A stretch of 64,000 nt of DNA from Candidatus Latescibacterota bacterium (GTDB lineage: Bacteria > Latescibacterota > UBA2968 > GCA-2709665), in NCBI GenBank assembly GCA_965237675.1, contig OZ250150.1:3072001-3136000 (forward strand), given 5' to 3'. Positions 45,748 through 55,938 of this stretch are shown here, piece after piece. The position numbers and the translations under genes are program-made. How positions within the stretch are numbered: position 1 is the first letter of the stretch; each line of letters opens with the position of its first letter. A model generated the notes under the pieces. That model had not been told where the DNA came from. It did no database searches and saw only the letters and a program-made list of their open reading frames with translations.

Positions 45748-48700
45748 ATGCACAATTCATCGTACCTGGCGGTATTGTTGATTGCGATGATTTCCCCACC
45801 CGTGTTTGCGCAGGACGTGTTGCCGCCGTCGAACCTCGCCGCGTCCGTGGGTGACAGTATGGTGACGCTGACGTGGGACGAGCCGGCGGCTCTTGCGGTG
45901 ACGGGGTTTGAAGTCCGCTATGGGGAAAGCGACGCTGTTCTGCCGGAGGATTGGACCGATATCGATTGGAAGAAGAAGGTCGGTACCGACACGGTCACGC
46001 ACCCGGTAACGGGCCTGACGAACGGTAGGGAGCATACGTTCGAGGTGCGCGCGTTTACCGCGGATGGACGGGGCCAGGCGGCCAGGGTGACGGCGACGCC
46101 GGTGTCGCCGCCCGTGGCGCCGGAGGGTCTGAGAGCGTCGGCGGGTGCGGGGACGGTGCTGCTGGCATGGGACGATCCGTATGACGACACCATCACGGCG
46201 TATGAAACGCGCTACGGCGAGAGCAGGACGCTTGCTTTTTCGGGATGGATCGAGGGTTGGACGGAAATCTATGGCAGCGATGCCGGCACGACGTCCCTTG
46301 AGGTGAGGGATCTGGCGAATTGGGTCGAGCATACGTTCGAGGTGCGCGCGAAGAACGCGGCCGGCGCGGGCGATTCGAGCCGTGTGACGTTTGTGCTGGG
46401 GCCGGCGCCCTCGAACCTTGCGGCGTCGGCGGGTGACAGTATGGTGACGCTGACGTGGGACGAGCCGACGGCTCTTGCGGTGACGGGGTTTGAAGTCCGC
46501 TATGGCGAGAGCGACGCTGTCCTGCCGGAGGATTGGACCGATATCGATTGGAAGAAGAAGGTCGGTACCGACACGGTCACGCACCCGGTAACGGGCCTGA
46601 CGAACGGTAGGGAGCATACGTTCGAGGTGCGCGCGTTTACCGCGGATGGACGGGGCCAGGCGGCCAGGGTGACGGCGACGCCGGTGTCGCCGCCCGTGGC
46701 GCCGGAGGGTCTGAGAGCGTCGGCGGGTGCGGGGACGGTGCTGCTGGCATGGGACGATCCGTATGACAACACCATCACGGCGTATGAAACGCGCTACGGC
46801 GAGAGCAGTACGCTTGCTTTTTCGGGATGGATCGAGGGTTGGACGGAAATCTATGGCAGCGATGCCGGCACGACGTCCCTTGAGGTGAGCGGCCCGGCGA
46901 ATTGGGTCGAGCATACGTTCGAGGTGCGCGCGAAGAACGCGGCCGGCGCGGGCGATTCGAGCCGTGTGACGTTTGTGCTGGGGCCGGCGCCCTCGAACCT
47001 TGCGGCGTCGGCGGGTGACAGTATGGTGACGCTGACGTGGGACGAGCCGACGGCTCTTGCGGTGACGGGGTTTGAAGTCCGCTATGGGGAAAGCGACGCT
47101 GTCCTGCCGGAGGATTGGACCGATATCGGATGGCAGAACCGGCCCCTTACCGACACGGTCACGCACGAGGTGAGTGGTCTGACGAACGGGATCGAGCATA
47201 CGTTCGAGGTGCGTGCGTTCACCGCCGACGGCCGTGGCCAATCGGCCAGGGTGACGGTGAGGATGCCGCCTGCGGCGCTGCGTGACCTCACGGGTGCGGC
47301 GGGCCCCGCTGACGTGACGCTGACGTGGGCCGATCCGGAGGACGCTTCAATCACGGGATACCAGGTCCGGTATGGGGCAAGCGGCACGGCACTGCCCGAT
47401 TGGAGCGCCGATGAAGTGGTTGAGAAAGATGCGGGCGTGACGACCCACACGGTGAGGGGCTTGACGATCGATACACAATACAGGTTCGAGGTGCGCGCGC
47501 AAGCAGGGACGGCTTACGGGGAGGCGACCGCCGTGACGGTGACGACGGAGGCGGCGACGCCGACGAACCTGAGGGCCACGGTGGCGTCTGGCGACGTGGT
47601 CCTGACGTGGGACGCGCCCGCCGCATCGGTTACGGGATACCAGATCCTGCGGCGTGTGGTAAGGAGCGGTTACTCGAGAGAATTCCGCGTCATCGCCACG
47701 ACGGGCCGTGCCGCAACGACGTATGAAGACGAGAGCGTCGGGTTTGGCTGGAGGTATACCTATCGTGTGAAGGCGATGTACGGCGAGGTTCTGAGCCAGG
47801 GGTCCAGGTTGGCACGGGCCTACGTGCCGGAGCCGCCGGCCGCGCCCGAAGGCCTGGCGGCCAGGGAAGGCGACGGGACGGTGGTGCTGACGTGGGATGA
47901 TCCCCGTGACGACACGTTGACGGGATACCAGGTCCGTTATGAGGAAAGCGGTACGAGACTGCCAACATGGAGCGGTGATCATGACATTGAAAGCGATGCG
48001 GCCACGACGACCCACGAGGTGGGGGGCCTGACGAACGGGAACGAGTATACGTTCGAGGTGCGCCCGCGCAATGCGGCGGGATACTACGGATCGTCGAGGG
48101 TGACGGCGACGCCGCGGCCGGCGCCTGCGGCGCCTGACAGCCTGGCGGCCATGGCAGGCGACGGGACGGTGGTGCTGACGTGGGCCGACCCGGAGGACGC
48201 GTCCATCACGGGATACCAGGTTCGTTATGGACAAAGCCGTACGGCGCTGCCTGCTTGGAGCGGTGATCATGACGTTGAAAGCAATGCGAGCACGACGAGA
48301 CACACGGTGCGTGCCGTGGCGAAAGGGGTGGAGTACAGGTTCGAGGTGCGCGCCAGGAGGGCTTCGGCCTACGGCGCATCGTCTGGCGTCACGGCCAGGC
48401 TGCCGCTGCCGGCGCCGGAAGGGCTATCGGCAACCCCGGGTGACGGGCAGGTGACGCTGTCGTGGCGCGATCCACAAAACCCGTATATCACCCGGTACCA
48501 GGTGCGGTGGGCGGCAGGATCCGCCGCCCTGCCGCAGTGGAGCGATGATCACACCATTGACGACAGCGGCGCGGCAACGACGACCCATACGGTGGAGGAT
48601 CTGACGAACGGCAGGAAATATACGTTCGAGGTGCGCGCGCGGGTGGACGACGTGTCCGGCGCGTCGGCCCCTTCGATGGCGACCCTGCCGCCACCTGCGC

Positions 48701-51700
48701 CTGCCGACCTGGAGGCGACACCGGGTGACGGACGGGTGGCGTTGACGTGGACCGATCCGGAAAACGACGCGATCACCGGGTATCAGATCCGTTACAGTGA
48801 TACGGACGTGGAGCAAGCGCCCTGGACGGTTATAGCCGGGAGTGGCGCCGCCACGACGCGTCACACCGTGCCCGATCTGGCCAACGGGAGGGTGTATACG
48901 ATCGAGGTGCGTGCGCACGTCGGAACCGGTGCGGGCGATGCCGCCAGGGTGACGGTGCCGCTGCTGCCGCTGCCGGGGGCGCCGCGCAACCTCCGCGCGG
49001 CGCTGGACGATGGCAACGTGGAACTGACCTGGGATCCGCCCGTCGTGCATGTTGAATCGGTCAGGTCATACAGGATCGCCTATTGGTACGCCGGGCGGTC
49101 CGGGACGATCGGCACCCCAACGGCCGTCACCCGATGGGAGTACGTCGTGTACGGCGGGGAGGGAATAGTACGGTATACCTTCAAGGTACGCGCCGTGAGT
49201 AACGAAGGGTTCGGCGACTGGTCCGAAAACGTCACGATCGAGGTCGACACGGGTGGGTCAATTGATCCTCTGCCCCCGCCCGCCAATCTCGCGGCGACGG
49301 CCGGTGTCGGACAGGTGCTGCTGGCGTGGACGGATCCGGACGACGACACCATCACCGGGTATCAGGTCCGTTATAGCGATCGGGGCGCGGCCTTGCCGGC
49401 GTGGAGCGATCGTCACAACATAACAAGCACTGCAAGTACGACCAGCCACCCTGTGACGGGTCTTACCGACGGGACGGCGTATACGTTCCAGGTGCGGGCG
49501 AAGAAGGGTGACGTCGCCGGCGCCTCTGCCAGCGTGACGCAGCCTGCCGCGCCGGGCAATCTGGGCGCGTCGGCAGGTGACGCGTCCGCCACGCTGTCGT
49601 GGGCCAATCCGCAGGACGCCGCCATCGTCGGGTACCAGGTGCGGTGGGCCGAAGCCGGCGCGGCGCTGCCCGCGTGGGGCGACATCGGCGGGAGCGGCGC
49701 GGCCACCACCAGTCACGCCGTGACGGGTGTGACGCACACCACGGCGTATACGTTCCATGTGCGGGCGAAGACGGCAGACGCTGACGGCGCCTATGCCGGC
49801 GTGACGCAGCCTGCCCCGCCGGGGGCGCTGACCGCGTCGGTAGGCGACGGGTCCGTGACGCTGTCGTGGGATGACCCGCAAAACGTCGCCGTCACAGGTT
49901 ACCAATACCGGTATCGGGTGGGCGGGGGGAGTTTCACCGTGTGGACCGGCTTTACGCAGGGCGGCGGCGCTGCGACGAGCGGAACGATTGGCGGCCTGAC
50001 CAACGGCAGCAGGCATACGTTCGAGGTGCGTGCGAAAGCCGGCAACGTCGACGGCGCGGCGGCAAGCCTGATCACGATACCGGGGCCGCCCGCACCGCCG
50101 GCCAACCTGAGGGCAGGCGCGGGGAACGGGTCGGTGACACTGACGTGGAACGACCCGAACAACGACACTATCGACGGGTACCATGTGCGCTATGGCCGTA
50201 GCAACGTGAACCTGCCGGACTGGAGCGACGATCACAACGTTGACAACAGCGGCCCGACCACGACGCGTCACCGTGTGTCGGGACTGACGAACGGGAGGGC
50301 GTATACCTTTGACGTGCGGGCATACAACGAGGTAGGCGTGGGCGTATCCGACAGCGTGGTGGCTACGCCCACTGTGCCGCCGTGTGAGACGCTCACCATC
50401 GACGCGATCAACGACGTGAAAGTGTCCGTGAATCAGAGCTTCTCGCGAACCGCCCGTGCGAGAGGGGGATGTGCGCCAATAACAATTACAATGTCTGGCG
50501 CACCGTCGGGCGTGACAATCGAATCCGGCACCGGACGCAGCAAGACCATCAGCAGTTCGGGTCTCTCTCCGGAGGGTACCCACACCGTGACGGTGACGGC
50601 CAGGGACGGCCGAGGGACTACCGCCACAGAGCCGTTCGATATCATAGTCGATTGTCCGTCGATTTCAGTCTCGCAGAGCCCGGCCAACCCGAAGGTGGCG
50701 GTTGGCGACTCGGTGATCGTGACGGCGAGTGCGTCAGGGGGGTGTGGGTCCCATACGTTCTCTGATCCAAGTGGGCTGTCGTGGGTAACGAAGAAAGATG
50801 AGAGTGACAACCAGTACATCGTGGCGCCGACGGTTGGCACGCCGACCGGACCCCATTATTTCAATGTGATTGCAAGGGACGACCACGACAATACCGGCAC
50901 GGGACGTCTCAAAGTTACGGTTATTCCGCCGTCGCCGCCAGAATGTTCGGCGATCGTGGTCTCGATAGCACCGTCGTCCGTGACGGTGAAGGCCGGCGGT
51001 ACCAAGACAGCGACGGCCAGCGCAGAAGCGGATTGTCCTCCGATAACATTCGGGAAGAAGCCTCCCAGCGGGCCTCCTACGTGGGTGACGGTCACCTCGA
51101 CTGGTGGCATCACCATTAATCCCCCCGCAACGGCGGCAGGCGGTCACACGGCCGTGGTGACGGCCACGGACAACCAACAAAATACCGCCGACAAAGATCT
51201 GCCGATCACGGTCTGTGAGCCGGTTGCGATCGGTTCGATTTCCACTCAGACGGTGCCGCAGGGTGGTACGAAGACGGTTTCGGTGACTGCGTCAGGGGGC
51301 TGTGGTACCATAAATATGAGTCACTCGTCCCCGGATTGGGTGGGAATGGTAAGTACCGGAGGCAGCGGGACCATCACCATATCGCCACCAAGAGGTACGC
51401 CCACGCGTGATTACACCGCCACAGTAACGGCGAGGGACTCGGACCTTCCAGAGGAGAATAAGGCTGAGACGAGTTTCAAAATTAAGGTAGTGGCTCCTCC
51501 AGTACGTCCTTGCGATGTTACCGTTGGCGGGCTTCCATCTGGTACGGTGACGGCGACGGTGTGCGAGCCCATCGAGTCTATTACTGCGGTGGCCTCTGGC
51601 GATTGTCCTCCGTATACATTTAGGATAATGGGCGGGCCGGCTGGTGTCAGCATCGGCGATTCGAGCGGGGTCATCAGCGGCAAACCCACACAGACCGGCG

Positions 51701-53058
51701 ACTTCACCGTGACGGTGACCGCAACGCCCATGGACGGACAGGCCGGCACGGGTTCATTCGATCTCGAGGTAATATGCCCTGGCATCAGTGTGGGCGGCCT
51801 GCCTTCTTCGACCGTGAAGGCAACCCTAGACCAGGATATCGACGCCATCCAGGCAACGGCGTCCGGCGGACAATCGCCGTATGAGTTTGAGAAGAAGAAC
51901 GGACCGTCGTGGGTGACCGTAACCTCCAGCGGGCGCATCACCGGCACGCCCACCGAAACCGGAGAATTCACCGTGGAGGTGGAGGCGAAGGACGATTGTG
52001 ACTGTAAGGGCACGGGTTCATTTACAATCAAGGTGTGTGAGCCGGTTGCGATCGCGAGTATCTCGGACATCGACGTGTTTGTGAATGGCGCCATCTCGAG
52101 CGACGCGAATGCGACGGGCGGATGCGGAAAAATCGAATATTCGATGGCAGGCGCGCCGTCGGGTGTGAGTATTGATGCTGACAACGGTAACATTACCGGC
52201 ACGGCGCCATCCGCGCCCGACACGTTCGACGTAACGGTGACGGCGACCGACAAGGACTACAGCGATAATCATGCAGAAACGGGTTTTGCAATCACCGTAA
52301 AGACCTGCTCGCCGGTGTCCATCGCGTCGATTGCGGACCCGTGTGTGACGGTGGGCGGGTCCCTCTCGCTTTCGGCGAGTGCGACCGGCGGATGCGGGAC
52401 GATCAACTTTTCGAAGAAGAGCGGCTCGTCATGGGTGACGGTCTCATCGGGCGGTAGCATCACCGGTACGGCGCCGTCGACTGCAGGCACGCACCCGGTG
52501 ACGGTCACGGCCAAGGACTCTAACGACGAATCGAATACCGACGATGAGTCCTTCACGGTCACCGTCGTGACGCCGCTGACCATCGCGGAGCTTTCCGACG
52601 TGGTGGTGACGTGGTTTCTTGACATGACGCCGATCCAGGTGTCGGTATCCGGCGGCAAGGCGCCGTATTCGTACTCACTTGAGAGCGCGCCTATGGGCAT
52701 CTCGATTGACGAGGCGAGCGGGGAGATCAGCGGCACGCCCACGCAACTGGGCAGCGCCACGGTGACGGTTGTCGTTGACGACGACGCCGACCAGCGGGCG
52801 ACCGAGTCGTTCACCTTGACAATCGCGTTGCCCGGCGACTTCAACGGCGACGGCAGGCGCGATGCCGCCGATGCGAAGCTATTCAACAAGAAGATGGGGC
52901 TCGGCAGGTCGGATACGGGGTATGACAAGAGGATGGATCTCAACGGCGACGGGACGATCAACTATGCGGATTTCGTTATCCTCGCGGGCTATATCGAAAG
53001 CGACGCGGCTGCGCGTGGCGACGGTGAATCTGGAAATTCCGGCAAATCGGGTGATTGA
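45748..53058 (+). CDS. giant secreted protein: many FN3 domains, Cys-containing Ig-like (He_PIG-type) domains, C-terminal dockerin-like module
   Basis: Signal peptide (PPVFA|QD). Repeated VTLTW..P....ITGYQVRY...GLTNG..YTFEVRA. Repeated GGCG/ITGTP Ig units. C-terminal GDFNGDG...DLNGDGTINYADF. Confidence 0.88.
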   Translation: MHNSSYLAVLLIAMISPPVFAQDVLPPSNLAASVGDSMVTLTWDEPAALAVTGFEVRYGESDAVLPEDWTDIDWKKKVGTDTVTHPVTGLTNGREHTFEVRAFTADGRGQAARVTATPVSPPVAPEGLRASAGAGTVLLAWDDPYDDTITAYETRYGESRTLAFSGWIEGWTEIYGSDAGTTSLEVRDLANWVEHTFEVRAKNAAGAGDSSRVTFVLGPAPSNLAASAGDSMVTLTWDEPTALAVTGFEVRYGESDAVLPEDWTDIDWKKKVGTDTVTHPVTGLTNGREHTFEVRAFTADGRGQAARVTATPVSPPVAPEGLRASAGAGTVLLAWDDPYDNTITAYETRYGESSTLAFSGWIEGWTEIYGSDAGTTSLEVSGPANWVEHTFEVRAKNAAGAGDSSRVTFVLGPAPSNLAASAGDSMVTLTWDEPTALAVTGFEVRYGESDAVLPEDWTDIGWQNRPLTDTVTHEVSGLTNGIEHTFEVRAFTADGRGQSARVTVRMPPAALRDLTGAAGPADVTLTWADPEDASITGYQVRYGASGTALPDWSADEVVEKDAGVTTHTVRGLTIDTQYRFEVRAQAGTAYGEATAVTVTTEAATPTNLRATVASGDVVLTWDAPAASVTGYQILRRVVRSGYSREFRVIATTGRAATTYEDESVGFGWRYTYRVKAMYGEVLSQGSRLARAYVPEPPAAPEGLAAREGDGTVVLTWDDPRDDTLTGYQVRYEESGTRLPTWSGDHDIESDAATTTHEVGGLTNGNEYTFEVRPRNAAGYYGSSRVTATPRPAPAAPDSLAAMAGDGTVVLTWADPEDASITGYQVRYGQSRTALPAWSGDHDVESNASTTRHTVRAVAKGVEYRFEVRARRASAYGASSGVTARLPLPAPEGLSATPGDGQVTLSWRDPQNPYITRYQVRWAAGSAALPQWSDDHTIDDSGAATTTHTVEDLTNGRKYTFEVRARVDDVSGASAPSMATLPPPAPADLEATPGDGRVALTWTDPENDAITGYQIRYSDTDVEQAPWTVIAGSGAATTRHTVPDLANGRVYTIEVRAHVGTGAGDAARVTVPLLPLPGAPRNLRAALDDGNVELTWDPPVVHVESVRSYRIAYWYAGRSGTIGTPTAVTRWEYVVYGGEGIVRYTFKVRAVSNEGFGDWSENVTIEVDTGGSIDPLPPPANLAATAGVGQVLLAWTDPDDDTITGYQVRYSDRGAALPAWSDRHNITSTASTTSHPVTGLTDGTAYTFQVRAKKGDVAGASASVTQPAAPGNLGASAGDASATLSWANPQDAAIVGYQVRWAEAGAALPAWGDIGGSGAATTSHAVTGVTHTTAYTFHVRAKTADADGAYAGVTQPAPPGALTASVGDGSVTLSWDDPQNVAVTGYQYRYRVGGGSFTVWTGFTQGGGAATSGTIGGLTNGSRHTFEVRAKAGNVDGAAASLITIPGPPAPPANLRAGAGNGSVTLTWNDPNNDTIDGYHVRYGRSNVNLPDWSDDHNVDNSGPTTTRHRVSGLTNGRAYTFDVRAYNEVGVGVSDSVVATPTVPPCETLTIDAINDVKVSVNQSFSRTARARGGCAPITITMSGAPSGVTIESGTGRSKTISSSGLSPEGTHTVTVTARDGRGTTATEPFDIIVDCPSISVSQSPANPKVAVGDSVIVTASASGGCGSHTFSDPSGLSWVTKKDESDNQYIVAPTVGTPTGPHYFNVIARDDHDNTGTGRLKVTVIPPSPPECSAIVVSIAPSSVTVKAGGTKTATASAEADCPPITFGKKPPSGPPTWVTVTSTGGITINPPATAAGGHTAVVTATDNQQNTADKDLPITVCEPVAIGSISTQTVPQGGTKTVSVTASGGCGTINMSHSSPDWVGMVSTGGSGTITISPPRGTPTRDYTATVTARDSDLPEENKAETSFKIKVVAPPVRPCDVTVGGLPSGTVTATVCEPIESITAVASGDCPPYTFRIMGGPAGVSIGDSSGVISGKPTQTGDFTVTVTATPMDGQAGTGSFDLEVICPGISVGGLPSSTVKATLDQDIDAIQATASGGQSPYEFEKKNGPSWVTVTSSGRITGTPTETGEFTVEVEAKDDCDCKGTGSFTIKVCEPVAIASISDIDVFVNGAISSDANATGGCGKIEYSMAGAPSGVSIDADNGNITGTAPSAPDTFDVTVTATDKDYSDNHAETGFAITVKTCSPVSIASIADPCVTVGGSLSLSASATGGCGTINFSKKSGSSWVTVSSGGSITGTAPSTAGTHPVTVTAKDSNDESNTDDESFTVTVVTPLTIAELSDVVVTWFLDMTPIQVSVSGGKAPYSYSLESAPMGISIDEASGEISGTPTQLGSATVTVVVDDDADQRATESFTLTIALPGDFNGDGRRDAADAKLFNKKMGLGRSDTGYDKRMDLNGDGTINYADFVILAGYIESDAAARGDGESGNSGKSGD
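45829..47255 (+). repeat. 582-bp (194-aa, two-FN3) near-identical tandem repeat, about 2.4 copies
   Basis: Anchor ggtgacagtatggtgacg recurs at 45850, 46432 and 47014 (period 582). Confidence 0.95.
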
Positions 53059-53079
53059 CGCGAAGGGAGTGATGGCGAT

Positions 53080-55329
53080 ATGAAGAGACGCTTTGTACCT
53101 CGTTTGCCGGCAAGGATTTGGCTGGCGGCGTGCTGGCTTTTGCTGTTGTGCCTGCCGGGTGCGGGCTCCGGCTCGTCCGCGCGCGCCGATAACGTGGAAT
53201 TCTGCGGTGTGATGGACCACGAGGCGTGGCTGCGCGAGCACGCCGTGGGTGCGGGCAAGCGCGCGGCGGAACTCATCGCGGGGGAGCCGCGGACGGTGCG
53301 TATGATCTATTTTCTCCCCAACGACCGGCCGTACCGGCAGTCGATGGTGGATACGATGAAGGCGAGGATGGTGCGTCTGCAGGCGTGGTTTGGCCGGCAG
53401 ATGGAGGCGCACGGGTATGGATACATGACGTTCCGGTATGAGGCGGACGCTGCCGGCGACCCCGTTGTGCACCGCCTGGACGGCGACCACGGCGACGCCT
53501 ATTATCTCGAGGAGACGTCGATTAAGATGCAGCGGGAGTTATATCGGCGCTTTGACGTGAAGAATGTGGTTGACTTCATCGTGGTGGACACCAGCACCGG
53601 ACTGCTGCACGAGCCGGGAGGCCAGAGGTATGCCGGAATGGCAAGCGGCGGAAAAGATGGAGGTCAAGCGGAGGTTGGAGGCGGCTTCAGTTTCTTCGTT
53701 GCCGCCCACGAGCTGGCGCACGCCTTCGGGTTGATGTGGCACGATTTCCGTGACGACACCTACATCCTGTCGTATGGCTTCGGTTTGCGCACCCGGCTGT
53801 CGGCGTGCTCGGCGCGGTATCTGGCGGTGACACCCCTCCTCAACCCTGAGATTCCCCTGGGAATAGACCGGACGTCGGCGCCGACCATCGAATTCGCGGG
53901 CCCGACGGTCTGGTATGCTCCCGGCACCGAGCGCTTCACGGTGTCGTGGCGCGTGGCCGACCCCGACGGCGTCCACCAGGTGATCCAGTGGACCGGCAAT
54001 CCCATGAGCCGCTCTCTGGCACCTCAAGTGAAGGCGTGCCGCGACGTGGCGGGAGAGACGGAAGCCGTGGTGTCGTTCGAGTATGACGGCGCGATCCCGT
54101 CGATGGCCCATTCGAGTCTTTCGAATCCCACCTCGCACCAGTTGCCGGCTAAAACCGTCGATACGCAAGGTAACGGGTCTTCGGAAGGTCTCATAATCGC
54201 GCAGGCGTCGCCGCATCACGTGGCCACGCTGAAGGTGGAGACGGAAACCATATCCAGCATCGCGATCTCTCCGTTGGGTGACCTGCTGGCGGCGGGCACG
54301 CGGGAGAGTTACACCGTGTCGAAGTGGGGGCAAGACGGTTACGTCAGGTTGTGGGACCTGGCGCGGCGGGAAGAGGTGGCCACGCTGGTAGGGGATGCGC
54401 AATACGTCAAATCGGTGGCGTTTTCTCCCGACGGGGGCCTCCTGGCGTCGGCGGGGGTAACGGATGATACCGTGAAGCTGTGGGACGTGGCGCGGCGTGA
54501 AGAGGTCGCCGTGCTGGAAGGGCATACGGGAACGATCAATTCGGTGGCGTTTTCTCCCGACGGCAGCCTCCTGGCATCGGCAGGGCGGGACAGCACCGTC
54601 AGGGTGTGGGACGTGGCGCGGCGGGAAGCCGTGGCCGTGCTGGAAGGGCACGACGGCTGGGTGAATTCCGTGGCGTTTTCTCCCGACGGGGGCGTCCTGG
54701 CATCGGCGGGGTGGGACCAAACCATCAGGGTGTGGGACGTGGCCGCGCGGCAGGAGGTCGCCGTGCTTGACAGGCATACGGACGTGATCAACTCGGTGGC
54801 GTTTTCTCCCGACGGGGGCGTCCTGGCATCGGCGGGGAGGTTCGACAGAACCGTCAGGCTGTGGGACACCGCGGCGTGGAACGAAGTCGCCGTGCTCACA
54901 AGAGCGGGCACGTTCGCCGCCTCGGACCTGGCGTTTTCTCCCGACGGCGGGAAACTGGCAGCCGGAATGGAACTTGGAAAGATCGATCTGTGGGACGTGC
55001 ACAGCGAAGAAGTCGTGGAGAAGTATAGCTATCCAGGCTCTCTGCGCTCCATTGCGTTTTCTCCCGACGGCCGCACGCTGTTCGTGGGCCTGTCCAGGGG
55101 CCGCATCGAAATGTTTGATACGTCACCGCACACCAGCCCTGGATCCAGGATCCCGGACTGGGACGGCGACGGGGAGGTGGGTTTTGGCGACTTCGTGAAG
55201 TTCGCGAAAAAGTTCGGATACAGCCGCGGCAAGGCCGGGTATGACCCGCGCTTCGACCTGGACAGGGACGGCGAGGTGGGGTTCTCGGACTTCCTCATCC
55301 TGGCCAGGGCGTTCGGCGCAAACACGTAG
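53080..55329 (+). CDS. secreted zinc metalloprotease-like domain + WD40 propeller + dockerin-like module
   Basis: Signal peptide; HELAHAFGLMWH; WD40 repeats (GH...VNSVAFSPDG..LASAG.D.TVRVWD); DWDGDGEVGFGDF and DLDRDGEVGFSDF. Confidence 0.88.
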   Translation: MKRRFVPRLPARIWLAACWLLLLCLPGAGSGSSARADNVEFCGVMDHEAWLREHAVGAGKRAAELIAGEPRTVRMIYFLPNDRPYRQSMVDTMKARMVRLQAWFGRQMEAHGYGYMTFRYEADAAGDPVVHRLDGDHGDAYYLEETSIKMQRELYRRFDVKNVVDFIVVDTSTGLLHEPGGQRYAGMASGGKDGGQAEVGGGFSFFVAAHELAHAFGLMWHDFRDDTYILSYGFGLRTRLSACSARYLAVTPLLNPEIPLGIDRTSAPTIEFAGPTVWYAPGTERFTVSWRVADPDGVHQVIQWTGNPMSRSLAPQVKACRDVAGETEAVVSFEYDGAIPSMAHSSLSNPTSHQLPAKTVDTQGNGSSEGLIIAQASPHHVATLKVETETISSIAISPLGDLLAAGTRESYTVSKWGQDGYVRLWDLARREEVATLVGDAQYVKSVAFSPDGGLLASAGVTDDTVKLWDVARREEVAVLEGHTGTINSVAFSPDGSLLASAGRDSTVRVWDVARREAVAVLEGHDGWVNSVAFSPDGGVLASAGWDQTIRVWDVAARQEVAVLDRHTDVINSVAFSPDGGVLASAGRFDRTVRLWDTAAWNEVAVLTRAGTFAASDLAFSPDGGKLAAGMELGKIDLWDVHSEEVVEKYSYPGSLRSIAFSPDGRTLFVGLSRGRIEMFDTSPHTSPGSRIPDWDGDGEVGFGDFVKFAKKFGYSRGKAGYDPRFDLDRDGEVGFSDFLILARAFGANT
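54340..54900 (+). repeat. near-identical 126/129-bp WD40 tandem repeats
   Basis: gtggcgttttctcccgacgg recurs at about 126-129-bp spacing. Confidence 0.9.
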
Positions 55330-55397
55330 GCGTGACATGATCGCTGTGGCGACGAGGCGGAAGAACAGCTGACGATGGCGTGCAGGCTGATTCGTGT

Positions 55398-55865
55398 GTA
55401 GGGGCGTCCCTTGTGGGCCTGCCTGCAGCGCAGTACGCTGCGCAGGCAGGCACCCGCACTGTGAAGAAGCGCGTGTGAAGGTGGGGCAGACATTCCTGTC
55501 TGCCCGCCTCGATGTCGTTCTGTCCACGTCGTACGGCATCCTCGTTTCCGGTGGATCAGGGCAGGTTTGAAACCTGCCCCTACCGTCGGGGGCGGATCTG
55601 GATCTTCTGATCGAACAGACGGGAGATGCTTCGACTTCGTTCAGAATGACATGTTTTGCAATAACGATTGGCGAAACCGGTCTGTCACGTCTCGGCACAA
55701 ACTGTCATCCTGAGGAAGCCCTGTCTGCCGTGCCCGGCACAGGCAGGCGCCAGGCTGACGAAGGATCTCCTGCGGCATGGGACGCTCCCATGCCGGCATC
55801 AAACCACGTTTCGATCGCTTCGTGGAAACGGAAGGAAATGAGCAGACAGGAATGTCTGCTCCACC
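55398..55865. repeat. cluster of nested REP-like and palindromic elements
   Basis: GTAG-type REPs (55398-55455, 55559-55583). GGCAGACA-GGAA-TGTCTGCC copies (55470-55511, 55841-55865). Inverted TGTCAT(C/T)CTGA...GAAG(G/C)ATCTCC pair (55622-55651, 55703-55770). CCTG(C/T)CTG...CAGGCAGG inserts. Confidence 0.8.
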
Positions 55866-55938
55866 CTCTCAACCATCAGATGTGTTCTTGGCACGTACGG
55901 CCGCACCCTCCTGCTGGGGAAGCCTTGGGGCGGTCGGG

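Noticed and set aside
45829-47255. Long direct repeats as a possible CRISPR array or DGR template
   Set aside because: They are in-frame 582-bp coding repeats with no spacers. No cas or reverse transcriptase gene is in the window.
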